DNA of 64,000 bases from Eledone cirrhosa (GCA_964016885.1 OZ024741.1:309814001-309878000), one strand, 5' to 3'. Positions 37,890 to 52,015 are shown, counted from the stretch's first letter. Notes: a model not told the origin generated them from the sequence alone. Translations and numbers: made by a program.

Positions 37890-39840
37890 CTAGAAAAGAT
37901 GAGAGAGAGAGAGAATGACTATATTATATCATTAAGTGCAAATAAAATTAATAACATAAGTAATAAAAATGATAATAATGATTTCTTTATTAATCACGTG
38001 CTTACAAAAAGATCACATTAAAGACGGCACAGGACAAAACATGGAGTGTGTGTGTGTGTGTATGGGTGTGGGAGCTGCATGTAAACAAGGGAGATATACA
38101 AAAACCAGAAAGGTAATAATGAAAATTATAACAAAAAAAATTCCTCAATTAGGAGATTCTGAGGGCTACTCCTAGAAAAACCCCCATAAAAAAAATCCAT
38201 GGTTATTTTGACCACTTCAGGCGTATAATCAGAGCAGGTCCATTTATTCAGTCCTCCAGAACTGAGTGGCTAGTTGACTTTCATCGATGCTCAGAGTCTC
38301 CCAAAGAACAACAACACTTTTACTCACCACTAACTTTCTATAGAAAGTAAGAGTGAAATGTCCACCAATCACACTGCTTGATTGGAAGAGGGTTGTAAGT
38401 GCTTGAAGGGGATGCAAAATTGTCTTGCGTGATGCTTGTATGTTTATCTATATAACTCATTAGGTCTGTGTTGTTTGTGTTTATAGCAATGTAGTTTGTA
38501 ATGTTTTTCTTTTTTTGTTGAATTTGCTTTTGTTGTTATTGTGTGTAAATTGGTTTGTGCTTGTGGTGTAGGTGATATTTGTGGTGGTGGTGGTCATGTG
38601 TTTGTTTTTGTGTGTATTTTTCTTTATAGCCTTTATTTCTTTCCTGAGCTAAGTTCTTGTTTTTTCGGTCTTTATATTTTTTTACCTTTCTTTTTCTTTT
38701 CAGAATGGTTTTCCCTTCTCCAGCTGCGACTCACTTACCACATGACATGTTAAAGTGGTCCCAATTGATGAGGTGCATGTCCTCTACTTGTACTGTGTTG
38801 TGGTTGAAGGGTTCTGTTGTTGATGTAGTGGTGGTTAAAGGAACTATAGTTGTTCTTGTTAAAGTACTGATTCTGTAGATACTGATATTTTTTACTGCTG
38901 TTGTTGCAGTTCTTGCCGTATGCTTGTTTTTAGGCAGTTTCAGCAGCAGCAGTTGCAAAAGAGGTGGTCTTTTATTTTTGTTTGTCCGTTTTGGGCAGAA
39001 GATTTAAGTGCATTGTTGCAGTATAAATATGGCATTTTGTCTTTCTGCTCTCAACGGTAGTGGGTGTATGTTTGTCGTTTGTGAAGTGTATTTGATTAGA
39101 GATGGCCTCCACAGACTTTTGATCAGTTTGAATGAGGAATTCCATCCCCATTCCTGTCCAGTTCTCCCTCTTCCTTTGATACACCTCAAGGATTTTGATG
39201 TCCCCTTCAATGCCCACAGTAAAGGTGGCTATAAGCCAAAGAATGGCTATTTCATGTGGCACCTAAGTGATGTGGATTTGGACCAGATGCTGGTCATAGT
39301 AAAAAGGGACGAGTATAACCTCATCACTTCTTAGGGGCGTTAGGGAGTGAAATCTTGCCTCTTCTTCCATAGCAAACCTAAACCTAACTTCCTCTAATCC
39401 AAAATTCTTATGCCAGGTTATGTGAGATTTTTGTTACTACACACACCCCAAGGCCTTTTGGATTTGGACCTCGCTGGCTGTCTCCACCCAGCATGATTTT
39501 ATATTAAGTCACTGTATGACATGCTGTTATCCACACATTGGATGGGGTCTTGAGGCTGACAGTGTGGCTACTTCATATAACTAACTGTCTGGCCTTTTCT
39601 ATGTCTTTTTCATTAAAGTTTTTCTGGAAACTTTTTGTAGTGCTTGAAAAACAGAAAGGTGTAAGATCTAGTGGAAAACTCATGGTAGTGGCAATGTTGG
39701 TATTTATAATCTTACTCACATGAGTTATTTTGTATGGCTAAGTGGTCGGCTAACTGGCTTGTTTTGTTGTCATTATTGTCCTTGGTGGTGCAGATGTTGT
39801 TTTTGTTGTCACTTTCACTGTCAGTGGTTTTGTTGTTTAA

Positions 39841-40001
39841 CCCTTTAGCATTTACATTACTCTATATTTACTATTTTATTTTCACGGTAAACACTTTATC
39901 TCACATAATATCAAATCTACAAGATTTTGATATATATTTTGAGAAAAATTCCTTAACATCAGTATGAGTGGCTAGTTACAGCTGGTTTAAATGCTAAAGG
40001 G
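39841..40001. mobile_element. piggyBac-like MITE (opposite orientation)
   Basis: TTAA TSDs and the same TIR. Confidence 0.87.
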
Positions 40002-40009
40002 TTAATATA

Positions 40010-40390
40010 GTGTTGCACATGGAATCTTTTGTAAAATACTTGACAGATGCTGTCATCAACAAGCATTTCCTCCATGCTCATTAAAACAGCTGTCTCCCTC
40101 TCTTTGCAATGTTGTATTGCTATCTTCTTTTTCCTCTAGTGAAGCATTTAAGTTGTCTTTTTTTTTATATATACAAATTTAGATATTGATTTTCTTTTAA
40201 ATTTTGACAACATCCACAGCAGGGATGTCATTCCAGAACTGAGAACACACTTGCAATTAGCAGGTTGACCTCTCCACACTTGGAAAGATGGTACTAGATG
40301 ACACACACAATGTATGCATTCACCACCTCTGCCTGACCTTTCAGAGATATTTTCTTCTCAGCTCCTTTCTGGGTTATCCATCACATTGGA
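40010..40390 (-). mobile_element. L1/Tx1-like LINE remnant (may extend back to ~38300)
   Basis: Minus strand ISLKGQAEVVNAY resembles the post-RT LSLxGRxxVxN motif of Tx1-type ORF2; heavily decayed. Confidence 0.5.
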
Positions 40391-40712
40391 TATCCATCAA
40401 GTTTAAATATTTCAACAAAACATAGAAACACGTAAAAGAAATACAAAATTTGTAATAGACAATAACAACAACAATAATAATAATGACGATGATGATGGTA
40501 ATAATATTAATAATGAATATAACAATATTGATTTTAAATTTAGGAACAAGGTCATCAACCCCAGTACTTCACTGCTACATTATTTTATTGACCCTAAAAT
40601 GATGAGCAGCAAGGTTGATCTTGGTGAGATTTGAACTCGGAATGTAAAAAGCCAGAAGAAATACCACAAAGCATTTTATCCAATACTCCAACTGTTCTGC
40701 CATCCCACTGCC

Positions 40713-40750
<38 letters not shown>

Positions 40751-43239
40751 TCTTTCTAACATTGGCACAAGGCTAGCAATTTAGAAGAAGGAGAAATTCG
40801 ATAATATCAACTCCAGTACCTCGCTGGTACTTCATTTTATTGACACTGGAAGGATGAAAGGTAAAGTTAACCTCAGCAGGATTTGAACTCAGAATGTAAT
40901 AATTAAGATAATGATGATGTTAGTATTCATAAAGGACAATGGTATGGTAAGATATGGCCCTGTAACTCCTGATGGAGTCGTAGGGGCATCATACTGATAT
41001 ACAGCGTTTCTTGGGCACATTAAGCCTGACAGAGCCCATCTCTCTCCAGGCCTGCATGCAGCAGATTTCTTCCAGAGAAGGATAGAAAGTGACAGAGAGG
41101 AAGTGAGAAAGAGATATAGGGAAAGAATCAACGCCAGTACTAGTCTTTTTTTTAATCAACCTTGAAAGGATGAAAGGCAAACTTGACCGTGGCGAGATTT
41201 GAACTCAGAGAGAGCAGAGAGCTGGAACAAATACCACAAAGCATGTTCAGTGAACACTTTCAAGTGAAAACAGATATAAAGTTGTTCAAACATGTACCAT
41301 GCGTGGCACATAACAACAAAGTAGGCAAACTTATCTGAGATATGCATGTTCAAATTTCAGAGAATATGAAGGCAAGCCCTTTAGACATAATTATCAAGTA
41401 TTGGAACAAAAATACCTGTACCTTGATCTCATCTGATTACCCAAAATAAAGTGGAAAAAAAGCTATTAAATAAGCAGGATACTCCATCCTCTCACTTCCA
41501 CCCACACCACCCTTTCTCTGTAAAGTTATGTTGGTACCACAGAACATCCAGTCCACACTGTAAAGTGGTCATGTAGGAGACAAGGTAATAAGGCTCCCAG
41601 TCTACACTGTAAATATGGTTGGTGTTAGGAAGGGCATCCAGCCCTAGAAAACCTGTCAGATACAGTTCTATACAAGTGAGACAATCCCATCCAACCCATG
41701 CTAGCATGGAAGATGGACATTAAACAATGATAATGATGATGGGCAGAGCTAGATTTACTATTAAGCAAAATAAGCTTAGGGCATCAAGATAAGGTGGGTA
41801 CCATTTTATTCAAATTATATGTATTTGTTATTAAAAAAAAATTTTCTTTGCAAACTTTATATATGGAGCAGGGCATCATAATGTTTTAATCCTTCCATTA
41901 ACATATTTCTAATAAAAGAATTAATACAGATTTGAGAAGGATTTACTAAAACTATTTACTTTGCATTTATATTAAAACAAAAAGTTCTTATATCAAGTTA
42001 TGTTTGAAGATTTTAATTTAAATAGGAACCTTTTAAAATGGGTGGCTTTGTTTCACTCCAGATGCAATTTGGAATGGGTTGATATCAAAAGTGTTAAGTG
42101 CTCAGCCCTTGAAATAATTAATCTAGCCCTAGACATGGAGCATAAGAATGAAATCAGTACCAATAATAATTGGAGCACTAGGTGTGATGAAAAAAATATA
42201 TTAGTATTCACAGCATAACATCCAAAATTAGCTATGCTATTGCAGCCCATATCCTATACAAAAAAAACTATCAATTCAATAGAATGAGTCAAACAGTGCA
42301 TAACTCTGCACACAACACATACCCTATACAATGACTACTTGTAAAGGCTTTGTCATTAGGCTGCTTGGTTCAGGGTCATAAGGTCATGGGTTTGATTCCT
42401 GACAGCGTGTGTTGTGCCCTTGAGCAAGGCACTTTATTTCACATTGTTCCAGTTCACTCAACTGAAAAAAATTACTTGTACCTATAATTCAAAAGGCCAG
42501 CATTGTCCCATTGAATCTTCTTGAGAACTACATTTAAGATTACACATGCTGTGAAATACTCAGCCACTTCCACATAAATCTTACCAGCCAGTTGTTCCAT
42601 TGATCTTACAACAAACACTTATGGTTCAAACTGATATAGGTCCAATACACACACAATAGAGAATATATTTATTTGCCGTTGTGCTGCCAAATGGTGCCGA
42701 AAGCCATTGACCCGCATCTTTGGTCAAGAAGGCCATTGGAGCGTCACTCACAGAAGCTGATACAACAGCCAGCTTGACAGCCGATATAGATAGCACCAAC
42801 AATTATCACTACCATTAACAAGAGGAAAGCAGTGACAGTAACAGTGACAATAACTACGACCCCTCATCTTTGGTGAAAGGAGGCATTCGAGTCTCAGCAA
42901 CCAGCCTGGCAGCCCGAATCGGTAGCAGTTTCAACCACCACCATTAACAAGAGGAAGGCAACGACAGCAACAGTGACATTAACAACAACACATATGTGTA
43001 TACACCAACATCTTACCAGCAATCACTATCACTACCATTAACAAGAGGAAACCAACCCCAGCATCAGTGACAATAACAACAACACATTTTCAGGATTTGT
43101 AGACTCACCTTTAGCCACAAGGTTCTGAGAAACTGCTAATATGCTTGCATGTGTGCATGTTGAACTCTGGGTCTTTCCGCTGGGAACACCCCGTTTTCTT
43201 TTTTGTATATTCATCCATTCATTTATTTATTTGCTAACA

Positions 43240-46035
43240 TTCCACCTTCTTGTGTGTCCCCCTCCATGACCCCCTTCTTTTCTCTCTTGTCTTCTGACGC
43301 CTCCATATCTAATGTAGGTGAGCTATGAGGCCCTCTTAGCACTTTCCCTTCCACCCACACACAGTTGTACCTAGCACCTAGGCTGGTGATAACCAGCCAC
43401 TCACCCCTGATGCCCCTTGGTGCCCCAGTCCCTGACTCCACACCCCATCCTCCATCCCCACCAGTCGACACCTGCAGCACTTGCAGCACCACGAACAGAC
43501 GGAAGAGGGGCCGGAACGGTTCGGGTGAGGCTGCTTCCAACACCTCACCTGAGTTGGCTTGACGCGTCGAGCCTCCAGTGCCCAGCAGCATGGAGATGCA
43601 GAAACTATCTATTCTCCTCGTCTGCTCAACCACGGCCGTCTGGAACAACACCAGATGAGACAGCAAGCTTGCCTGAAGCCCAAGCCTCGCTGGTCAACAT
43701 CGCTCGGCTCAGGAAGATCCCACTCAGGGTGCCGGTAGCCAATGCCCTCACTTCCTCGATTGAGAGCGCCCTGGACTCCAATCAAGCCAGTGACTGGGAG
43801 CGACTCTTCTATTTCGCCCCACTCGCCCTCCCCAGCTCTGGCGCTGACCGAGGCGGCCGGTCGACTGCAGCCTGATGTCCTGGCTGCCCTGCGACTCAAG
43901 CACCTGCCACCCGCTAACCTCAGACCCATACCCCCACCCGATCCCCACTTGCTCCTTGTGGCTTCCGACGCAGACATCATATCCGCCATCAAGTCCTTCC
44001 CAGCTAGCAGCAGCGGAGGTGCTGATGGTCTCTGACCAAGCCATCCCAAAGGGTTGCTATCCCCTCTCTCCGCTGAGGCCAGGCGCCGCCTTCTGAGTGC
44101 AATTGTGACACTCACCAATAGGCTTATCCATGGTGCCCTGGACCTTCGCGCCTGAGGCCTCTTCTTTTTAGCTAGCCTGACCGCTCTCAGGAAGAAAGAG
44201 GGTCACATACGACCTATCGCTGTGGGCAATGTCTTCCGGAGGCTGGCTGCCAAGGTGGTCTGCAGGTCCATAACACCTGAACTGGGTGAGGAGTTCAGTC
44301 CTGTGCAACTGGGTGTCGGCGTGTCCGGTGGCTGTGTGGGCCCGCACATGCAACCAGGCAGTTCTTCACCAGCTGCCCACCAGAACCACCATCCAGGGAC
44401 TCCAGGCACCTCATTGTCAAGTTTGACATGAGGAATGCATTTAACTGCATACACCGGGACCCTCTGCTCCATGCCTGCCTCAACCGAGCCCCCTCTGCCC
44501 TGTCATATGGAGCCCCGAGCATACTCCTTGCTGCTGATACAGTCATACCTTCGGCCACTGGGGTCCAACAGGGCGACCATTTGGGCGCCCTCCTGTTTGC
44601 CCTTGGTATAGACCACATTGCCTTGTGTATCACGGCCCCTCTCAATGTTTGGTATCTGGATGATGCTACGTTGGGCGGGCCCGTAGAGACTGTCTGACAT
44701 GACCTACAATCTGTGGTTCCTGCCCTGGTGGGAATCGGCCTCCAAGTCAACTCATCCAAGTCGGAGGTGGTGAATGTCAGCCACGATGCTGAGAGCTTTG
44801 CAACCTCCGTCTCGGATGTGCAGTCCATTCTCCACCAGGTATAGGTGACCCCCAAAGAAGATGTCCTCATCCTTGGGTCACCGATCCACCCGCTGGCCAT
44901 CTGCTCCACCATCAGGTCTAAGCTCCAACAACTCCAGGCCCTCATGAGCCGACTGGGCTTGATCGACAGCCACCCAGCTCTCTTCCTGTTGAGGAACTGC
45001 TTCACCATGCCGAAACTCCTCTATACCCTTCGCAGCGCTCCATGCTACACCCACGCATCTCTCCTCGCTGACCTCGATACTTGCATCCGAGCAGCAGCTG
45101 AGGAGATGTTTGACAACTTTGGATGGCAACAGGACACTTTACCTGTCAGGTATGGCGGCCTTGGCCTCTGGTCAGCAATCTCACTAGCTTTGCCGGCGTT
45201 TCTTTCATCGGTAACCTCATGCCGCGTCCTCGTCAGCAGGGTTCTCCAAAACACAATGGAACCCTCTGTGATCAGCGAACATGAGGCCGCCTGTGAGATG
45301 TGGGACCAGCTGGGACTTAGCCCAGTAGACGTCCCTCCTCCTTCACCCCCTGCTGACGTCAAGTCTCCCCGCAAAACATTTGGGATGCCATCCAGTGCAG
45401 CCTGGCTTCAGACAGGCTCACGCGCCAGCTCAACCAGCACTGCCTTGCCCATTTCCGTGCGGCTTCTAAACCCCGCAGTGGTGCTTGGCTCCATGCCTTG
45501 CCCTCCTTCTCCACTGGCATGCAGCTGGATAACAATAGCCTGCGCATCGGCGTTTCCTTGAGGCTTGGCCTCTGGATCTGCGAGCCACACCAATGTCACT
45601 GTGGATCCACCGTGGACTCTTTTGGCCTCCACCCGCTTTCCTGTGGCCACAGTGTCGGCCGCCTTCCATGCCATGCTGCCCTCAATGAGGTCATTAAGCA
45701 TGGCTTGGACACTGCAGTCTTCCCTTCCCAGCTCAAGCCGGTGGGGCTGGACCAAGGGGACAGCAAAAGGCCAGATGGCATGACCATCTTCCCGTTTCGT
45801 GGTGGCAAACGCCTCGTCTGGGATGCCACTTGCACCAACACTTTCTCAAGCCACAACCTGGTGCAGTCTGCGACTAACCCAGGTTCTGCTGCACGTCGGG
45901 CTGAGGAGGCCAAACTCTTCAAATACTGGTCACTCTCCGACAGGTTTGCGGTTGTACCCTTGGCAGTGGAGACTACTGGTGTCCTCGGTCCTAGGGCTAC
46001 CTCCCTACTCACCACCGTAGACGCTGAGCTGGCCA
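43240..46035 (+). mobile_element. Decayed CRE-clade (RLE) non-LTR retrotransposon, antisense within an RPS6KC1 intron
   Basis: RT motifs RPIAVGNVFRRLAAK, QLGVGVSGG, QQGDHLGALLFAL, WYLDD and YGGLG; zinc knuckle CHCG..HPLSC..H; RLE motif RPDG..WDAT..KY..PLAVETTG. Stops and frameshifts throughout. Confidence 0.9.
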
Positions 46036-49000
46036 TATACACAATGACTTTCTTATTTTGGTTATGTTGCTACAATAAAAACTTTGCATTCCATTCACAA
46101 GGTCCTGAGTTCTAACCTTACATTTCTCCCTGTAAATAGTTATCTATCTAAAGTTAATCATACATTTAAGCCTATATGTTATTTGTACAATATATATGCA
46201 GAACATTTATGTAATTATATCCTAGAAATAAATTATTAAAATATAATTCTTATCTTTAATCAGTTGGATATGTCAGTAATCAACATAAACTATAGGGTTT
46301 CACTTACGCAAGCCATTAATTTATCAAAACACAAATTTCCCAGTTCATATATATTGTTATCCTGGTATATATGATGTACCAAATCTTAAATACGTTCAAT
46401 ACTATTGTTGTCATTATTGATGGCACTAGTCCACAAGTCAAAAACACAATCCCTACCCAATAACATAAGACAGTTAGTATTGCATAATCGAGAACCAAAA
46501 ACTTATATTCTAGGCAGTGAAACCTTTTACCATAACACAACCCCCACAGGACATACTCTACACAAACACATATATCCGATGACATATCCCATCGCTCTGA
46601 TCAATCAACAAGATCCCAGACCTCATTTGGTTGCCAAGTGGGGTGGACCTTGTCAAATCGGACCAAGAAAACAATGTTTCCATTGGTTTTTCCATTGCTG
46701 ACACTATCTACTGGCCGCAACTCCTGGCAGAAAGAGCAACGTGAAATAAAGTATCTTGCTCAAGGACACAACACATCACCTGGTCCGAGAATTGAACTCG
46801 TAACCTCATGACTGCGAATCCAACTCTCCAACCACTAAGCCATGCACCTTCACAGCACATATTCTACATAATTCCCAGCCAACAAAATAATACATCTCAA
46901 ACACAGCATCTAACAAACTATCACAACTCACATTACACATGGTCTACACAACAGATAAATTACTAAAATAACGTGAGAAACAACAATGTAAACCTAATGT
47001 AATATACAAAATTTCAATAGATGGCAAACGACAATACTACACACACTTCAGGAACACTGGTGGACCTGATGATGCAGTAGAAGTTTGCATGGAACTGTTG
47101 TAAAGCTAAATTATCTGCAAGGTTGCAGATGTTTTTGATGGGAAAGGTATAGTTAATTATATTGACACCAGTCTTAACTGCTACTTTATTTTATTTACCT
47201 CCAAAAGAAATGAAAGGTAAAGTTGAGCTTAGTAAGATTTGAACTCAAAAATGTAAACTGACATGAACAAATACCATTTCTGCCAATCCTAATAATAATG
47301 GTTAAGGTGATTAAATCCACCCCAGCACATTACTTGTAGTTATTTCAGGAAGGACTCTTCAGTTGTGTCCAAGACATGACAACTTCCCTCGTGTTGGTGA
47401 TTTACACAATAATTGCGCCCTGTACACTGTAGGTGATTGGTGATAGGAAGAGCATCAAGTTATAGAAAACCTGTCAAACAAAGGGTTAGGAGGACTTTTC
47501 AGCTGTCAAAGAGATGACAACCTTGCTGGTACTGGTGCCATGATAAAATACACTTAGTAGAGTGTGGGAACATATGTAAAAGAGCTGTGGCCATAATCTA
47601 TTTAATGTTGCTTTCTGAACATGATAGGTCATACAATTTTGGGGGCAAATGTAGGTCAATTAAATGAACAAAATACTAGTATGCTACATATTTTAATATC
47701 GCTTCTTCCCATAGATAAAAGATAAATTCATCCATGGTGTGGTTAGAATAAAAAAAATAAAAAAAAGACTAGTGCTATACAATTTCTATAACTCCATGAT
47801 TTATCTTAACCCTTAACATCTTGTAATGATTTAGTAGAAAATATCTAAAAACAGGTTTGTTAATTCAAATGTTCAGAGAATCTTTACTTGTGAAAATTTG
47901 CAGTAAACTAAAATAAAGACTAATTTTCAATGTGATGTAGTCATAGTGTTGTTTTGTACGTTTGAAGAATGTTTTGTTAATTTGACTTCATGTGGTGCAG
48001 AATGTTAAGAGTTATACAGTAAGCAATACAATATGTAAGGAAGATGAACTGTCTGGTGTTGTATGGCATGCTTAACTCTTAACACCATGTAATGATTTAG
48101 TAGAAAATATCTAAAAAGGAGGTTTGTTAATGTAAATAGTTATATTATCTTTACTGGTGGACAGGTCATTGTAAAAATTTGCAGTAAATTAAAATAAAAA
48201 CTTTAAATTTTTAATGTGATGCAGTTATAGTGTTTTGTATTTTTGAAGTGTCATAGTGTTGGTTTCATGCGGTACAGGACATTCAGAGTTAATGTTATTG
48301 TTAAACTCCTATACCGTTGTGATCAGACAGACTTATAATGAAAAATATTCCATGTGGGATCACCCTGTCCTTTTTTACCAGGTGGTATCTATCACTACAT
48401 CTAGATAAAAGACTGGTTTACTACTAAGAAAATCATTGTCACTCTTTAAGATAACATTAACTACAAGATAATATTAATACAATTAAGGATATTGTGTCCC
48501 TGTTTTTAAAAATAGGTGCACCATATCCCTGTGTATCATATGAGGAGACTAAAAAGGGTTAGCATCAAGAAGAGCATCCAGCTGTAAAACACTGCCCCTA
48601 AAACTCCCATACAAGCATGGCAAAATAGGTCTAAAAACAATGATGATAATACAATTATGATGATACAATAAAATGTGTTACAAAATATTTCCATTTGATA
48701 TTCTGCCATACTTTATAACAGTAAATGGACAAATATAACAAGGTTAGTAACAGAAGCCCAAATGAAATTCAAAATTTATGGAAGCTATCTAAATTCTAAG
48801 GATAAGAAACTGTTTAACCCTTTTGAAACCAAATCCCTTCCCAAGTTTTATGATTAAAAAACAGTTTGTTTTAAAGTGGTTATATTCATCTAAAAACTGT
48901 CCATCCTAATTTTATGGAAGAACCTTTGTTAAGTTATATTTCAAATACCAGCTTAATAACAAGAAAGTTATATTAGAAAATCCCTTCAGTTTCTTGATAA

Positions 49001-49094
49001 TTTTCAAAATTATTTGAAAATCATAGGCAATGGATTTCATTAGAAATATGGTAATGCAATAGTTAAATAGCTTTCCAATTTTGACAGTAGGAAT

Positions 49095-49151
<57 letters not shown>

Positions 49152-49155
<4 letters not shown>

Positions 49156-49430
49156 ATTGTAACATCCAATTACTGTAGGTTCACCAGACAGTGAGCACTC
49201 AATACGTAGTTTCCAGTAAGTACTAAGCAGAGTGTAAATATAATAATAATAAAAAGGACGATTTGTTATATCTTCATTATGTTTATTGAGTTCCGACAGA
49301 GGTCCGATGAACTTTTGATTCCAGAGTTGGGCTAGATCGATAGAGATCAAACCTTCAGCTGATCAATAGCGAAACACACATCACTACTCAATAAATGTAA
49401 TGAAGATATACAAATCGTCCTTTTAATTAT

Positions 49431-49432
<2 letters not shown>
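49152..49432. repeat. Second copy of the palindromic element, inserted in (TA)n
   Basis: Same leader; inverted arms aaaaggacgatttgt..atcttcatta..tttattgagt and actcaataaatgtaatgaagatatacaaatcgtcctttt. Confidence 0.85.
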
Positions 49433-49466
<34 letters not shown>

Positions 49467-49653
49467 AGAAATAGTCAAGACACCATCAGTGGTGACAAAA
49501 TGATTAAATTTATCACGGCCCCATTTCTTTTTTTTTAAATTACTTCTTTTCAAATTAGTACACAAGTATTCACATGCATACATTTATGGGCACATACATA
49601 CACACACACACGGGTGTTCATTTGAGAACAAGGTGGTTAAAACAGCTTCTTAC

Positions 49654-49771
49654 CAAAATATTTTGGCTTTGCGAATTCAGGGAATTCTTCTTTGCGATGG
49701 AGCACCTTATGAAGAGCTAACATAGATTTGTGAAGATGTTTGAAATCATTGTAGCGTTTCCAGACATTTAT
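49654..49771 (-). CDS. RPS6KC1: RPS6KC1 exon, PX domain core (INVWKRYNDFKHLHKSMLALHKVLHRKEEFPEFAKPKYF)
   Basis: PX motif WKRYxDF..LH and FPxF; ttctag and gtaag sites. Upstream exons not located. Confidence 0.93.
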
Positions 49772-50836
49772 CTAGAATAAAAGTAAAGAGAAAAACACCA
49801 CGGTTGACATGGTAAAACACGCTTGAACTGTTAGTAATTTGTCTAGAGTATGCACAGCCAGGATTGGTATGGCTGAATAATGATGATGATGATGGCAGTT
49901 GGGTGGATGGCTAGATTGAGAGGGCAGATAGATTGGAAAAAAATAGTGATATTGTTAGGTCCCAGATCAACTCCAATTGAGCAGAAGCCTGCTTAAAGGC
50001 ATTCCCTATAACCCTCCATCTTATTTTTAAGACAAATGTTTTCTTTTTTATAAGATGGTAGAGGTGAAATTTAGCTGCTATGTCTAGCAGATGAAGAGAC
50101 CTGACAGAGGGTCTCTCAGTGGTGAACTTGAGTTTGAAGATGAGATATAATTGGATGAGGGCTGATGCGGTAGGGAGGAGTTCTAGAAAGTGAATATTTG
50201 AATAAATGGATGGGGTGGAGCACAATGACAAGGCCACTAGAAGGATAGATAGATGACATCCTAAATTGTTTGGGCAGAAAAAAAGGAGTGAAAGACAATA
50301 AGAAGTAGGAGGGCACAAGGGGGTGAAGGAAAGAGTTAACTCAAAACAGAGAAGTTGGTAGTAGAGATAACATGCACTTAGATAGAGCAGGAAGAGAAGG
50401 ACAAATAGAATATAATGACAGGGTAGAGTGGTGGCTTGAGGTAGTATGTGTGGGGCTCAGTAGGCAAGTAAGAATATTAGTAGTAGGCAGAGGTTGGTGG
50501 GTAGGTGAAGTAGCGTGTGTAGCTAAGAAGGCAAACAGGAATATTAGTGGTAGGTAGGAAGATGGGTGGAGTTATGCATGTGTTTGGCTCAATAAGTAGG
50601 CAGGAATATCAGTGATAGAGCCAATATAATATGGGAGAAGAGTAGAACCATATTGTAGGTTCAATAGAGAAAGAAAGCCTGGCTATAATGTAGATGTTAC
50701 ATTTACTTAAGATGTACACACACACATTAACCCATTTTTCATTTCTACAGAAACATATATACACACACAAACATAGATATATACACACACACATACAGTG
50801 GAAAATGAAGGAAATTCCTTGGTACAGTAAGATATA

Positions 50837-51001
50837 CAGGTAAAATTCCGTTATAACAAATACCATTATAACAAATTTTTTTCAATCTCCAAAGTAATAA
50901 CAAACACTGAATTTGTTTTGGTCGATCTCGTTATAAAGAATTTTTCATTACAACAAATTTTTTTTATACCCTGTGAATTTTGTTATAATGGAATTTTACT
51001 G
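50837..51001. mobile_element. Tc1/pogo-like MITE
   Basis: TIR cag(g)taaaattccgttataac / gttataatggaattttactg, preceded by TA. Confidence 0.7.
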
Positions 51002-51614
51002 AATTTGAAAAAAGAGAAGACTTACTGTAAAGGTTTGAATTATTAAAGAACACCAATCACCAGTGAAGTCATTCTTCTCTTTTTCTATATATATATAAAC
51101 TATTATTGTTATATGTTAAAGGTGTAACAGTAGTTGCTGTAGAAGTATTAGTAATAGTAGCAATAGCTAGAGCAAAATACTAATATATAGAATGTACTAT
51201 ACTTACAGAAGTACAGTTATAAAAGCAAAACGCCTTTTTTTTTTTTATTAAAAGAATTGAGATAAATAATAAGACTACTTCAATTAAAAAATGAAATTCA
51301 CAGCTCATACCTATGCCAGTTTAGCTAACTTCCTATGAGGCTGCATCTCATATGAGGTTTATTGGATGTTTTGTTAATAGAAGCCCCGGGCCTTTCGTGA
51401 AAAGCAATGTGAAATGATGCATCTTGCACAAGAACACAACTTGACACCCAGTCCAGGAATAGAAACCATAACCTTATGATCATGAGTCCAACACTCTAAC
51501 TACTAAGTTATATACTTTCACTACTTTAATAGAAGGAATGATCTAAAGCTATAAAGAACCGTGTCAGGAGTAATATAGCATATGGTGGTGCTTCTAGATG
51601 TGTCATTTCCAACA

Positions 51615-51905
51615 AAGCATCACAATTCACTATTAGAAATTATTCCACCACTCTCTGACATAAACATAACAGATCACTATCAGAAATTATTCCACCACCC
51701 TCTGACATAAGCATCACAACAGATCACTATCAGAAATGATTCCACCACCTTCTGACATAAGCATTACAACAATTCACTATCAGAAATGATTGCCCCAGCC
51801 TCAGACATAAACATCAGAACAGAAATTATTTCACCAGCCTGTGACATAAGCATCACAACAATTCACCATCAGAAATTGTTCAAGCAGTCTCTGACATGAG
51901 CCATA
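51615..51905. repeat. ~50-bp minisatellite (tcactatcagaaattattccaccac..ctgacataagcatcacaac)
   Basis: About six tandem copies. Confidence 0.9.
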
Positions 51906-52015
51906 AGAAAACCTGGTCATTCTACATGTAAGTAATAGCAGCCAAATTTTCATTAATTACAACTTTCAATCTTAAAAAAAAAAGAAGACATAAATAAATA
52001 TTGTAGTTTAGCGTA

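Noticed and set aside
43223-46042. Many long minus-strand ORFs
   Set aside because: Shadows of the GC-rich retrotransposon; the RT and RLE motifs are on the plus strand.
47066-47100. CTGATGA-tgca..tgcat-GGAAC as another hammerhead
   Set aside because: GAAA is broken and there is no convincing stem I; at best a decayed relic.
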